A stretch of 63,435 bases of DNA, filler included, from Aduncisulcus paluster (taxonomy: Eukaryota), in assembly GCA_024181965.1 (NCBI GenBank). It is 6 parts of 6 records of this genome, joined end to end, with 100 filler letters (N's around TTAATTAATTAA, not from the genome) between each part and the next. Parts side by side here need not be neighbours in the genome. Positions count along the whole stretch, not along the records: positions 31,648 to 48,457 come from BQXS01012692.1; 5 more parts are not named here. One strand, 5' to 3'. The first letter of the stretch is position 1. Each line of letters opens with the position of its first letter. Under the pieces are notes generated by a model. That model was not told the DNA's origin. It searched no databases and worked only from the letters and a program-made list of their open reading frames with translations. Of this stretch, positions 34,004-46,047 are shown in pieces. Position numbers and translations under genes: made by a program.

Positions 34004-37000
34004 CTAGATCATTTTCTGCAACGAATGTGCAATGTTTTGAATTTTGATAATGTCTTGGATTTCCATTTGGGGATTTATCCAAAACGGACAATATTTTCTT
34101 CTCAAAAGTCCAATCCCACGGAAACATACACCATACTTCAGTAAATTATCTCTAATATCCATTCCCTCACGCTCCCAGAACCAATTTTGAGATTCTTGAT
34201 GTAATTGGAGAGAAGAAAGCTTCACGAGTTCCAGTACATAATGACACACTGAGAGAATATCTTGAATTCTATTCTTTATCTCAACATTGTCAAGACCATT
34301 GGATATCTCATAAAGAGCCATGGTAAGCTGAAACGGGAGTAAAAAGATAAATAATGGTTCAATATGCTTCTTTTTAGAGTCTGGTAAGATATCTGTTGGC
34401 AGTTTAACAACAACCTTTGAATCGGAAGGAGAGCAGTCTCGATGTTTCATATTGTGAATGCTTAATAGGAAGAAATGAGACATTGTCAAAGATGCTGATG
34501 AACATAATCTATCAACATGAAGAACAGCTTCAGAAAGATCTTCACTATCAGTAGCATGTTCAGTGGAAGAAAATGTTGCCAATGTCGATTGTTCTTCAGT
34601 ACTATGGTCGACTCTTGTTCCATTATTGTTCGAAATAATGGGCATTCCACCAAGAAGGAACAATCCATGAAGAGTGAGCGAAGGATGTGCCATGTGATAC
34701 GTCATATCAATATGTTTGGGCCGTGAATGGCCAATAAACGGCGAAGAAACTGGATTGACTGCACCAGTGAAAAGGGATGATGGATATGATGGAGCAGAGA
34801 CAAGCTGTGATGGTACGGACCCAGAAAGAATGTTGCATATAGAAGATTGAGAGACAATATAGTCCAAAGATGAGTCTGAGAGTTTAGATTCTGATCTTGG
34901 CGTGGTGTGATATTGTTTTATGACAAAACCAATCAACGAATTAGAGAGAGATTTAGCAGATAAAACAACACGTTGGGATCGAAGTTTGGATTTCAGAACA
35001 CAATCCATCTCGGTTTTCGTTTGATCATCCAAATATTCAGGGGTAGTTGAAGGAGAATCAGCGAGCTTTCTATTCTGTTTCACCCTTCCTTTCTCCTCTT
35101 CAAGGTTTCTCTCTCCAGCCCGAATAAGCCCAGATACGGAGTACATCCAGGTATGTGCATGAATGTCATCTGCAGTGAACTCAGCACACATTAAACCCAA
35201 TAAATAAGCTCTCAGAGGACACAGAGGGAGTGATCTTGCAAAGCTAATGGCTGTACGTTCAGAAGTGAGGATATACGAACTTCTTGACTCACAATGGAAT
35301 GATCCACCGTCTTGAAGGGCAGAATGAACAATGGATAACACCATACCAATGTCATAACAACTCTGACGAACACATGTGGAAATACACTCATGCAGAGTGG
35401 AAGAGAAGGAAGTGAAGAGATGACGGGAAATGTCTTCGTCAGGAGCTGAAGAATAGTGATAGGAATATTCGGTTTCTTCTTCTGAGAAAGAACTATAAAT
35501 AGAATCGGATCCATCGTGAGAAGATTCTGCTTGTTCCTCTCTAAACAAACAATCTGCCTTTGCATCTTGGGATTGGTTACAAAGAACCATCAAGAGGTCC
35601 AACATATCATTGCCAGAGGTCAAAGTTTCAGGATATTGAAGAGTTTCCACTTTCTCAGTTTCTAAATATGGATCAACTGAGCTTCTAAGGGACGAATACA
35701 AGGTAGATGAAGAAGATGGGTTAATTGATAAGCTTTTCTTGTTAGACTTGTCATCTTCTTCTTTCACAGTCTTCCTCTTGTCTTCTTTTCCACGATATTT
35801 TTTCTTTTTCGATGCTTTCTCGGCTCTTTTCCGCTTATTAGATTTCATTTCCGAGAGAGTTTTTCCACAAAATGGAATTGAACAAGCTTCGATAGATGAC
35901 GAAAGAACCTTGGAATGCAATGATAGGTAAGGAAAAGATGCCGAAATCGAATCTAAAGATTGGAGATGGGAATAAATATATTTTTGGAATTGAGAAGATT
36001 CCAAGTGCGGAGATAGGAATGGAGGGAATTGAATTCTATTTCTATTAATAGAAATGTGAGAAATATGATAAGGAATTTGTTGTGTGGTCGCAGGAGTTTC
36101 CTTTTCATTCATATCATCGACAATATCACTAATATTGTTGATATTTGATCTAATAATAGAACATGAACAAGGACAAAACTTAACAGGGAAAAATGTTCTA
36201 TTCGTAATAAATTGGATAAGATCCGAGTAAGGGTCTGTCTTGGATATAGCTTCAATATCTTCCTCAAAAAACTCTTCTCTTCCTTTTGTTCCCTCTTTTC
36301 CAGCAATCTCTTTTTCTTCCAGTTCAATGGAATCGGATTCACATTCATCTTTTCTTTCTTCTTCTTCTTTCTGCACAAACCGAAACTCCCATCCAGAAAT
36401 AGAAAATATATCAGTGGCAACACTTTGGGGAGGCATAATTACATCGGTGTAGAAAACAGATTCACTTGAAGAGGAATAATATGAAGAACTCAAATCCGAA
36501 TCTTCCAATTCTTCCTCATTATTGATGTCATGTTTATCGTTTTCTTCTTGGATTCGCACATGACGATCAGAGTCAATCAAAGCCATATCATCTTCTTCCT
36601 TCTTTTCCTCTTCAGGTTCTTGTTTCTCTTCTTCTTGTTTCTCTTCTTTTTCTTCTTGTTTCTCTTCTTTTTCTTCTTGTTTCTCTTCTCTTTCCTTTTC
36701 TTCCTCTTCTTTCACCATATTTGGTGAGAAGGCCTGAAGATCTTCATCCAGAAGAGGTTCTTTTGATGGTGAAATATCTTCGATTGTGTCTATATTTATA
36801 ACATGAGAAAGATTAGATCCAAATTCGGATGCATTTGGAAGATAATTACGCTTGCTCGAGTGGGTACCATCAGAATCCTCAGTAATTTCTATGCAAGAAA
36901 AAGTAAACTTCTTCTTCTTCTTCCTGTTTCTTCTTGTTTCTTTCAATTTCTTTTTTGATTTCTTCTCTTTCTTGCTCCTCTTTTTCTTCCGCTTCTCTCT

Positions 37001-40000
37001 TCTTCCTTTCCTCTTCTTCTTTTTCTTTTCTCTTCCTTTCCTCTTCTTCTTTTTCCTTTTCCTGTTTTTCTTCCTCCTCTTCTCTTTCTTTTTCAATCCT
37101 CATTTCTTCAAGGAGATTGTCAAGGGAAGAAGAAGAGAAAGAAGAAGAGAGAGAAGAAGAGGAGGGATATTTGGTAAGGTTTTCTTTCGTTGAGTGCGGA
37201 TTCACAGTTTCTTCCCTTCTTTCTTTCAGAGTAATTTCATTTGCTATTTCTTTGGCTTTTTCTTGAGTGTTCATGTCACTATGGACGGGATTAATTTCAC
37301 CTCCATAGAAGAAATCAATATCATCCCTGGCTTCCCCAATAAATTCATTGAACTCATCTCCAAACATATCTCCTCGCTCTTCTTCTTGCTCTTCTTCTTG
37401 CTCTTCTTCTTGCTCTTCTTCTTGCTCTTCTTCTTGCTCTTCTCCTTCTTCAATATCTTTGTGAGGAATGATCTGGTCTCCTAAATATAGATCAGTGCCA
37501 TCATAACCTGGATGAATAGGAGATTTAATCAGAACTCTTATAATATTGATTTGATTCCATACAGATTTCCATTCTTCTCTTGTGATCATTCCTCCAGATG
37601 TATCAAATATATCAAATTCTACTTCCTCCTCCTCCTCTTCCTCTTCTTCTTCCTCTTCTTTTTCCTCGGCAATCATTACTTGAACCATTGTGATCAAAGA
37701 TCTCCATTTCTTCACAGTAACACGTGATAATTTATGGCATGATTGGACAACGGTCGAGATTGATGAGGACACTGGATCTAAAAGACTATCAGAGCCAGAA
37801 ATCACAGTAGGTATTAGCTCGGTAGAGACTCCTTGCAAAAGCTCTGTTGTCGGAGGATATGCTTGTTTGACAATCTCAACGGTAACCAAGGGATTTACAA
37901 CGGTCGCACTATTCACAAGGGATGGTGGATACTTCTCATCTTCTACTTGCTTGGGCTGGTCAGAATGAGTGATATTTTTCTCCAATGTACATGGATGTTG
38001 TGTGAGATTATCATATCCGGGACCATATTCTTCATTAGATATCAACACAGAGTGGGAAGAAGGCTTAGGAATCGATATATCAACCAATGGATGGATATCT
38101 TCAATGGATTGTTGATTACGAGGATATCCATCCATCGTTGGTTGAGAAGGAATAAATATGTCTCCAGTTGTCTCCTGAACATTATCATCTCTATTGTCAC
38201 CGGGGCCAAGTTTAATGGTTTCAGCATCAGCAGAAACAGTATCAATCGCAAAACTAGAGGTAAGCACTGTTGGGTCAGTTCCAAAGGTCTCAAACACATC
38301 TAAAGGGGTGGTTCTTATCTCGTTCATAAGTTCCTTGGCGGATTGATCACCCATCACTTTTGTAAGGAATAGTACATCGGACATATCTCTTCTGTCTTGT
38401 TCATCAATGTCAACTCTCCTTTCTTCTTCTTCTTCTTCCTCTCTTTGTTCTTCTTCTTGTTCTTCTCTTTGTTCTCTTTCCACATAGAGAAAGGATGAAT
38501 CCTGATGTTCAGAAATAATACCAGATCGATCAGAGATGTCAGCATTAATCACTCCACCTCCAAATAGAGTATCTTCTCCTCCAGCACCTAATAAAGACCT
38601 TTTTTCCACTATTTCTTCTTCTTTTTCTTCTCCAAAAACAGATTCAGATGGAACTTGGCGCTCTTGTTGTTCTGAATCTTTGTACCCAAATTGTTCAAAG
38701 AAATCAGCATCACCANNNNNNNNNNNNNNNNNNNNTCTTCCTCTCTTTGTTCTTCTTCTTGTTCTTCTCTTTGTTCTCTTTCCACATAGAGAAAGGATGA
38801 ATCCTGATGTTCAGAAATAATACCAGATCGATCAGAGATGTCAGCATTAATCACTCCACCTCCAAATAGAGTATCTTCTCCTCCAGCACCTAATAAAGAC
38901 CTTTTTTCCACTATTTCTTCTTCTTTTTCTTCTCCAAAAACAGATTCAGATGGAACTTGGCGCTCTTGTTGTTCTGAATCTTTGTACCCAAATTGTTCAA
39001 AGAAATCAGCATCACCAATGTCTCCAGTATTGTTGTATCCAGATGTATCATCAACAGTAGTCATCAATACAGGTTCAGAGCATAACAAAATACTATTAGA
39101 TTGTGTTTGAAGAGACACATCACCTTCTTGCGACTCTGTATAGCCTTCTTCTTGTTCTTCTTCTTGTTCTTCTTCCTGTGGAAAAGTAGAGTAAAAAGTA
39201 TGAGTTTCTACTTCAATGGGTAGGGGATTCGAAACATTATTCTCATTCTCATTTGTATTTGTAAATGTGTCGTTAATGATTTCCTGATCTCCAAATTGAT
39301 CAAAGAAATCAGCTTCTTCATGATCCTCAAAACCACCAGATACTCCTGTGGGATTATTCGCATCTGTGTGAGAAATTACATCAGCATTTCCCGATATTTG
39401 ATCAAAAAAGTCAATATCTTCCTCTTGAGGAACTTGAGGAACTTGAGAAACTTCTTCAGCTGTGGCAATAGGAATTCCAGCGTCATGAACAAAGGGGTCA
39501 GTTGGCACATAGGGTTCAACCATGACATCAGGAAGATGTGAACCAAGATCATCAAAGATATCAGCTTCATCATGGCTGGTTAAAGGGTTGGATATCGTCG
39601 AAATAGAAGGGTTTGGAGGAGTTTTAACCAAGGAAGAAGTTCTTTCATCATGTGAAAAGACATTTGAGGCATGATTAATCGCAGAATGATCTTGGGTTCC
39701 TTTGAATTGGTCACTTGTGCCAAATGATTCAAAAAATCCCTCATCATCGCCTCCAATATCAACCGAACGTGGAGAAATGTGAGATTTGCTTCGAATTTCA
39801 ATAATGCTTGACTCTTGTTCGTCTTTCCAACGAACTTTCCTACCTTTGGGGAGATCTAATACACGCGATTTATCAATAACAGGCTGATTTACAGTCTTTT
39901 TGCCGACAAAATCCTTTGACGATACAGAGTCTTCATCAACAGATCTCCCTTCTGGAATCACTGAGTCTAATGTCTCTTGTGTTAAAATATCAGGTCCTAA

Positions 40001-40168
40001 TCCTTGGAAAAACATATCATCATCGTCATTATTCTGGTTTGGATTTTGTATACTAGTATTTTTAATAATAGGTCTTGACATATGATGGGTTTCTGTGGTA
40101 GTGGGGATATCATCTCCTATTTTATCAAAAAATGAGAGAGAAGAATCTTCACTGGATTGATCCATCAA
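34004..40168 (-). CDS. Large acidic low-complexity protein with a helical C-terminal domain, possibly Sec16-like; split by a gap duplication (~38435-39015) and a frameshift (~36908)
   Basis: ORFs 38609..40168 and 36879..38609 overlap through the duplicated gap flank. 36879..38609 joins 34004..37096 by a +1 shift at the end of a GAA run. Repeated D/E-FF-D/E motifs at the N-terminus. Confidence 0.6.
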
Positions 40169-41252
40169 AAAATACTTTTAAATATTTCTTAATTTTACAC
40201 GTCCTCTCAAAATAACGTTTTCTTTCGTAAATATTTGAATCGTTCTAATATTGATATTACAATAGATTAAAATATATAATTCGTGTATATAAATTATAAT
40301 TTCAATACTATATTTTGAATAAATATTGTGATTGAATGTGAGAAGATGTGATTGTTTTTTTTCCGATTGTAAAGATATTTTACTATTATGATACGACCCA
40401 CAACCATTTATATGTAATACATTTCCTCAAATCTATAAAATAATCTTAGTCTCTGACATTTTAATTTAAGGCAAAGTCTCATCAGAAGACATCAAAAATA
40501 AATGGCAAAATAAACTGAAAAATTGATGTTAATTGATTCTGTTTAATAACAGATTAACTTCCAAACACAGAAACAATCAAACTAATATCCAAAGATTCCA
40601 ATGATATTGAGAAAATGGAAAACATGTAATAAGGCCACCAGATTTATACAGAAAAAACCTTAATAATCCATTACTGAGTGAATCGTCAAAGAAAAGTACA
40701 AAATAATGCACAATATAAATATATATTGAATATAAATAACAAAAAAAAATGAAGAAATTCCAAGCAGAAGAAAAAGTTAGTGAAGAAAAAAGCTTTCAAG
40801 AATACAAAAGCTCACAATAATATCACTGATACCACTTTCTGTAGAAGAAAAAGGTCTCAAATTAATAAATAATTAAAATTATTTAATAAATATATATCTT
40901 TATGATGGTATACTGTACTATACTATACTGTACTATTTATGATGGTAAAGTTGAAAAGGAATGGAAGAGAGAAGGAAAGGAAAGGAAAAACTAATTCCTT
41001 ATCTATTTCGATTCTGTACGATTTCCGAAAGAAAGATTTGTTGTCAAAGATAATAATAGATTCATGAGAAAGAAAGATTGTATTTTTGGATATATTTAGA
41101 CTCTCTAAATAATTAGAGAGAGAGATAGAGAGAGATAGAAAATCTTATGATTTATGGCAAAATCACAAAAAAGTAAGTAGAAAAAAGATAATAAAGGGGG
41201 GAAAAGAGACAAAACAAAGCTATACTTCCGAAATATACTACATAACACATCA

Positions 41253-41324
41253 CTATACTGTACTATACTATACTATACTATACTATACTATACTATACTG
41301 ATGAGTAGGAGAGAAGGAACAAAG

Positions 41325-41376
<52 letters not shown>
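41253..41376. repeat. Simple repeats: (TATAC/TGTAC)n at 41253-41299 and (AG)n at 41331-41376
   Basis: Seen directly. Confidence 0.9.
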
Positions 41377-41379
<3 letters not shown>

Positions 41380-41694
41380 AGATGGCCAAAATAAGAGTAT
41401 TAATTCAAACGAAAATATGAATAAACTTCTTCGAACATTTGGCTGAAGAATAATCAGTTAACATAAATATTATAATCCAATATCAATGTATAAACTTCAG
41501 AAATAAAAAAAGAGACAAAAAAAAAGAACGTAATTTTGCACCATTTCTTATACAAATTATATAAGATTAGCGTAAAAGTGCAATTTTTATCATTATTATC
41601 ATAAAATAATAAGATATTCCGTGTATTGGAAAAGCAATATGTATGATGTAAATATAAAAACAAAAAACGAATTTAAATATAAATATAAATCATT

Positions 41695-43401
41695 CTATTG
41701 AATACATATATCATCATCATCGGAGGTGTTATTTATAGGACGTAGGGCTCTCCATGCTTCTTGACGTGCGACCCACTGCTGAACTGTGAGTTTTCCGGCA
41801 TTCTCCTCTCCCATTCCCCAAGACAATGGTGGAAAAGGTCTCCGAACATCCGTTGTATCAGTCTGCCAAACGTAAGTAAAGAAGATTCCATACCAAGTCT
41901 CATCATACCAGATGATAGGATCAGTGTACAACACTCCAGGGGGTGGCTGCATCGGGTAGGCTATAGAGGCTGCCCAGTCATCCATACCGATACTCACACA
42001 GGCTGAAAATAGAACATCTATAAATAGAGACAACAACTGTTCGTTAATTATCTCAACACCGGATTGAATTTGCGTCACATTGGATTCATAGAAATCAAAG
42101 ACAAAAATGATTCCTATGACAGCTTTTGGGGCCGTGGGATCGTATTGGACGGCTGGAACAGCGACAATTTGTGACACAATATCCATGGAAGCAGCCAAAA
42201 TCCACTGATCATCACTGGAATCATACACTTCAAATGACACAGAGTAATCAGCATTCACTGCAATCGCACTGGCCATCATTTCGGCCACTGGATCGGCTGA
42301 CATTGAGTAGTTAACCCTTATTGGAGAGTCAGAACTTAGAGTAAGGACGCTCGAGGGCAGAGAATCGGGCAGGAAGAGTTCTAGGAGAATACTCTGGTTC
42401 ATATCAAACGGGAAAGACGAAGGAACATCGTCTTGAGTAATAATTCCTTCAAATGTTCCACGAGGACGGTAAGTATGGAACATGGACAGAAGAACGTCAG
42501 GTTCGAAGAAGAGTTGGATATCATTGTTGTTCAGAATGTCTGGCAAATCTGTCTGAGTAGTTGGTACATACAAATCAGAGTCAGAACCATAGTAAAATCC
42601 ACTGTATGAGGAAGTCATGTATTTAGATGTGATCACAGGGTCTTCAGGGATTCGAAAATCGATTGCTGTCTCAGAATCCAATACAATACAGGTCTGAACA
42701 TCACTTAGGAAGGAATTAATGATGTCATTCACAACAACTGAGATCATGGAGTCCATAGCATCCTCGATACTTTCCTGGATGAATGGGGTCGCAACCTGAA
42801 CAATGGTACGTAAAATATCTGAGGATCCAACGAGATCAAGAGAGAAATCACCCAAAGATAACTTAGCTTCAGTGACTTTCAGGGCCTGACGATAATTATC
42901 TTCATAGATATCCACCTCAAAGATGAAGGCGGCATCATTAGCAGTAAGAGTCAATTGGCCACCATCAGTTGTAAAAGGAAAGGTTAACATCTGATATTGA
43001 AAGTCTAATTGGATTTTTAAGTACGCACCAGTCACGGAAATCCTAATTCCTACACCTTCATCATAATATGGAACATGATTGTCCATTTGAAGCGTTTCAA
43101 TATTGATATTATCAAAAGCAATGTTAATTTTGCCAATGGGAGTGTCTAATTCAGTAGAAAAGTCAGGAATAGCCATGGCAGAAACTTGTTGAATAATTTC
43201 GGTCACAAAATTGTTTAACATAAAATTTAATCCATTTAGTGTGATAGTCTGTTTTTGTAATGTCATGAGATCATCATTTGGACGAATAGAAACATTTCTT
43301 GGAATTGAGATCGATGAGCTCTGAGCAGCAAATACGAGTATCAAACAGCAAGAGATATAAAAGAAAAATGATTGAAAAGTTTTTATCGAGAGAAAGTTCA
43401 T
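41695..43401 (-). CDS. BPI/LBP/CETP (TULIP) family lipid-binding secreted protein
   Basis: Signal peptide from ATG 43401 (MNFLSIK...FFFYISCCLILVFA). ITLNGLNF...IQQVSAMAIPDFS.....GKINIAFDNINI matches the BPI N-terminal pattern. Length and the IDFRIPEDP.IT second-domain start fit a two-barrel BPI fold. Confidence 0.8.
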   Translation of the reverse strand: MNFLSIKTFQSFFFYISCCLILVFAAQSSSISIPRNVSIRPNDDLMTLQKQTITLNGLNFMLNNFVTEIIQQVSAMAIPDFSTELDTPIGKINIAFDNINIETLQMDNHVPYYDEGVGIRISVTGAYLKIQLDFQYQMLTFPFTTDGGQLTLTANDAAFIFEVDIYEDNYRQALKVTEAKLSLGDFSLDLVGSSDILRTIVQVATPFIQESIEDAMDSMISVVVNDIINSFLSDVQTCIVLDSETAIDFRIPEDPVITSKYMTSSYSGFYYGSDSDLYVPTTQTDLPDILNNNDIQLFFEPDVLLSMFHTYRPRGTFEGIITQDDVPSSFPFDMNQSILLELFLPDSLPSSVLTLSSDSPIRVNYSMSADPVAEMMASAIAVNADYSVSFEVYDSSDDQWILAASMDIVSQIVAVPAVQYDPTAPKAVIGIIFVFDFYESNVTQIQSGVEIINEQLLSLFIDVLFSACVSIGMDDWAASIAYPMQPPPGVLYTDPIIWYDETWYGIFFTYVWQTDTTDVRRPFPPLSWGMGEENAGKLTVQQWVARQEAWRALRPINNTSDDDDICIQ

Positions 43402-43815
43402 TAATAATGAATTTCGCAACCAAAAGATACTCTATTTTTTCGTCCTGCATGAAGGTCGTTGTTGCCCACCATAGAACATATATTTTTCATCACTTTTGGG
43501 AAAGTAAAATGTGTTAGAATGTAATTTTAAACAAATTTCAATTTTATTACACATTTATTTATATATAATACATTATTGAATAACCTCTATCACAGTCACT
43601 GACAGATCTGTCATGATCATATGGCATATGACTAAAAATATAAACAATTGATTATTACAATATTCTTAAAACGAAGAGTTGTGTTCAGCCCAAAAAAGGG
43701 CCATTAACCACCGAAAAACAAGCGAAACCTTGAAAATAACAAATTAACAAACAAGTAAGAAAAACTATGGTGAAAATGAACACCACATATCAAATTGGAA
43801 ATTAATTCATTCATA

Positions 43816-45393
43816 TTAAACACTGCTGATATCAGGAGGAGAGTGGTTCGCATAGAGATGAGAGAGGTTTCGAAGAGTATCTCTCTTAGAATCTCTTATC
43901 TTCAAATATGCCTCCCGTTTGCAATTGCAACATGAAAAAATAGATACATCGATTATACAGAATATAAACAAAATCATAAAACCACATTCTTTCGCTAGAA
44001 GAAGAATAACAACAAGCTCTAAATAGGCTTCGGGTAAACCATTGTTGAGGAGAGATGCTGAATAAAAAAAGCTCACAAAAAAAAAGAAAAAGGTTGTAAT
44101 ATCTATCGTAAAGACATCAACGCCTCGAGAAAGCTTTTTCTTTTCTGAAGTGCTAGAACTAACAACAAAATCAGATATAACGAGATAGAAATTTGCGACA
44201 GAAACCAGAAAATCGAGGGAAAATACGAAAATTAAATTGGTAAGATTTTCATGAGCAAACTGTATTACAATGAAAAGANNNNNNNNNNNNNNNNNNNNAA
44301 TAACAACAAGCTCTAAATAGGCTTCGGGTAAACCATTGTTGAGGAGAGATGCTGAATAAAAAAAGCTCACAAAAAAAAAGAAAAAGGTTGTAATATCTAT
44401 CGTAAAGACATCAACGCCTCGAGAAAGCTTTTTCTTTTCTGAAGTGCTAGAACTAACAACAAAATCAGATATAACGAGATAGAAATTTGCGACAGAAACC
44501 AGAAAATCGAGGGAAAATACGAAAATTAAATTGGTAAGATTTTCATGAGCAAACTGTATTACAATGAAAAGATCAAGAACAATGAAAAATAAAGACGTGA
44601 TGAAAGAGAAACTACGAGACCAAACAACGTCCCAGGCTCGCGTCAATAAGTCATAGACGGGAGCTGCGTTAGAACAACAGGGAGATTCACTGGTTGGAGA
44701 TGCAGGATTTGAAGGATCAGATGGGCTTTCAGATCCAATAACACTTTCTGGTTCCAGTCTTGATATTGAAAGTAAGTAAGAGGTATCCGAAGGAGTTGAA
44801 ATGGATTTTCCTTCATTTTTAGAAGCAATGACGAAACTTAAAACATTGCTAACGACGAAAATAGAGATCAGATAAAGACCAATGAATCCAGTACCTTTAA
44901 AAGCAATGAGAATAGCAGATCCAAGATAAAAAACGGGAATTTCAACAAATTGATCGATAAACTCTGTCCTATGTTCATATAAATCATAGAGTTCTTTGAG
45001 GTAGTACAAATATATAACAAGTTTAATGGAATCATATATGAAAACCAGATTTCTCCCAATTTTCTCCCACTTTTGGGGATCTTTACCAGAATGTGAATTG
45101 GTAACAATCAAACAAATCACCACGTTGATGAAAGATAACACAAAATCGATCAGAACAAGGTAATCCAGGCCGTACCAATTAATCGAATCATAATAATTAT
45201 CCTTCGTAAATAGAACCATAATGTAATCCACGAGCATAATTAATAATGAGGTAATCATACTAAAATAGATCCGCCATATGGTTTCCCATAACTCTGTGAA
45301 AACATGACAACAGCCACATTTCAAGCAGCAACACACATCTGAATGATCAGAATCTTTTGATATTGGAGTACAACATGATACGTCTGTATCCAT
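43816..45393 (-). CDS. Multi-pass membrane protein with two homologous Cys-cluster + TM modules; C-terminal part duplicated across the gap at 44279
   Basis: WETIWRIYFSMITSLLIMLVD resembles WDVVWSRSFSFITSLFFIVLD, and LIDFVLSFINV resembles SLDFLVSVANF. Multiple hydrophobic helices. Confidence 0.65.
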   Translation of the reverse strand: MDTDVSCCTPISKDSDHSDVCCCLKCGCCHVFTELWETIWRIYFSMITSLLIMLVDYIMVLFTKDNYYDSINWYGLDYLVLIDFVLSFINVVICLIVTNSHSGKDPQKWEKIGRNLVFIYDSIKLVIYLYYLKELYDLYEHRTEFIDQFVEIPVFYLGSAILIAFKGTGFIGLYLISIFVVSNVLSFVIASKNEGKSISTPSDTSYLLSISRLEPESVIGSESPSDPSNPASPTSESPCCSNAAPVYDLLTRAWDVVWSRSFSFITSLFFIVLDLFIVIQFAHENLTNLIFVFSLDFLVSVANFYLVISDFVVSSSTSEKKKLSRGVDVFTIDITTFFFFFVSFFYSASLLNNGLPEAYLELVVIXXXXXXXLFIVIQFAHENLTNLIFVFSLDFLVSVANFYLVISDFVVSSSTSEKKKLSRGVDVFTIDITTFFFFFVSFFYSASLLNNGLPEAYLELVVILLLAKECGFMILFIFCIIDVSIFSCCNCKREAYLKIRDSKRDTLRNLSHLYANHSPPDISSV

Positions 45394-46047
45394 TATTCAA
45401 TATTCTTTTTAAAAGAATCTTTTAATAGGTTCCAAAACGTAGAAATTCAATTGTGTGTGTGAAGAACCCCCCCGAGTCAAAACGTAGAAATGAACGGAGA
45501 AATTTGCTGTCTGTTGTTCGACAGTTTATACAGGGTCTTAGTAAATATTTTATAATTAAAATAAGCATAAATTAAATTTTATTTCATTGATATCTGCCGA
45601 ATTGGACTTGGAGAGGTTGGAAATTTATGGAAATTCAACTCTTTAAAAAAAAATTTATTGTTGATAAAAAAATATCTTTTCTGAGGTATGGATACAGACG
45701 TCAATATTAGAATACTTCTAAGACACCGTGTCGGTGACAGAGAAATAAATAAAAATTCCACTCACCTTGGATAAAAACTAGATATAAAGCATCATTTGAA
45801 TTGTTTTCTACAAGGCATCTTCTNNNNNNNNNNNNNNNNNNNNGGACTTGGAGAGGTTGGAAATTTATGGAAATTCAACTCTTTAAAAAAAAATTTATTG
45901 TTGATAAAAAAATATCTTTTCTGAGGTATGGATACAGACGTCAATATTAGAATACTTCTAAGACACCGTGTCGGTGACAGAGAAATAAATAAAAATTCCA
46001 CTCACCTTGGATAAAAACTAGATATAAAGCATCATTTGAATTGTTTT

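Noticed and set aside
36889..36908. 20-nt GT...AG micro-intron candidate on the minus strand
   Set aside because: Its removal does not restore the downstream reading frame.
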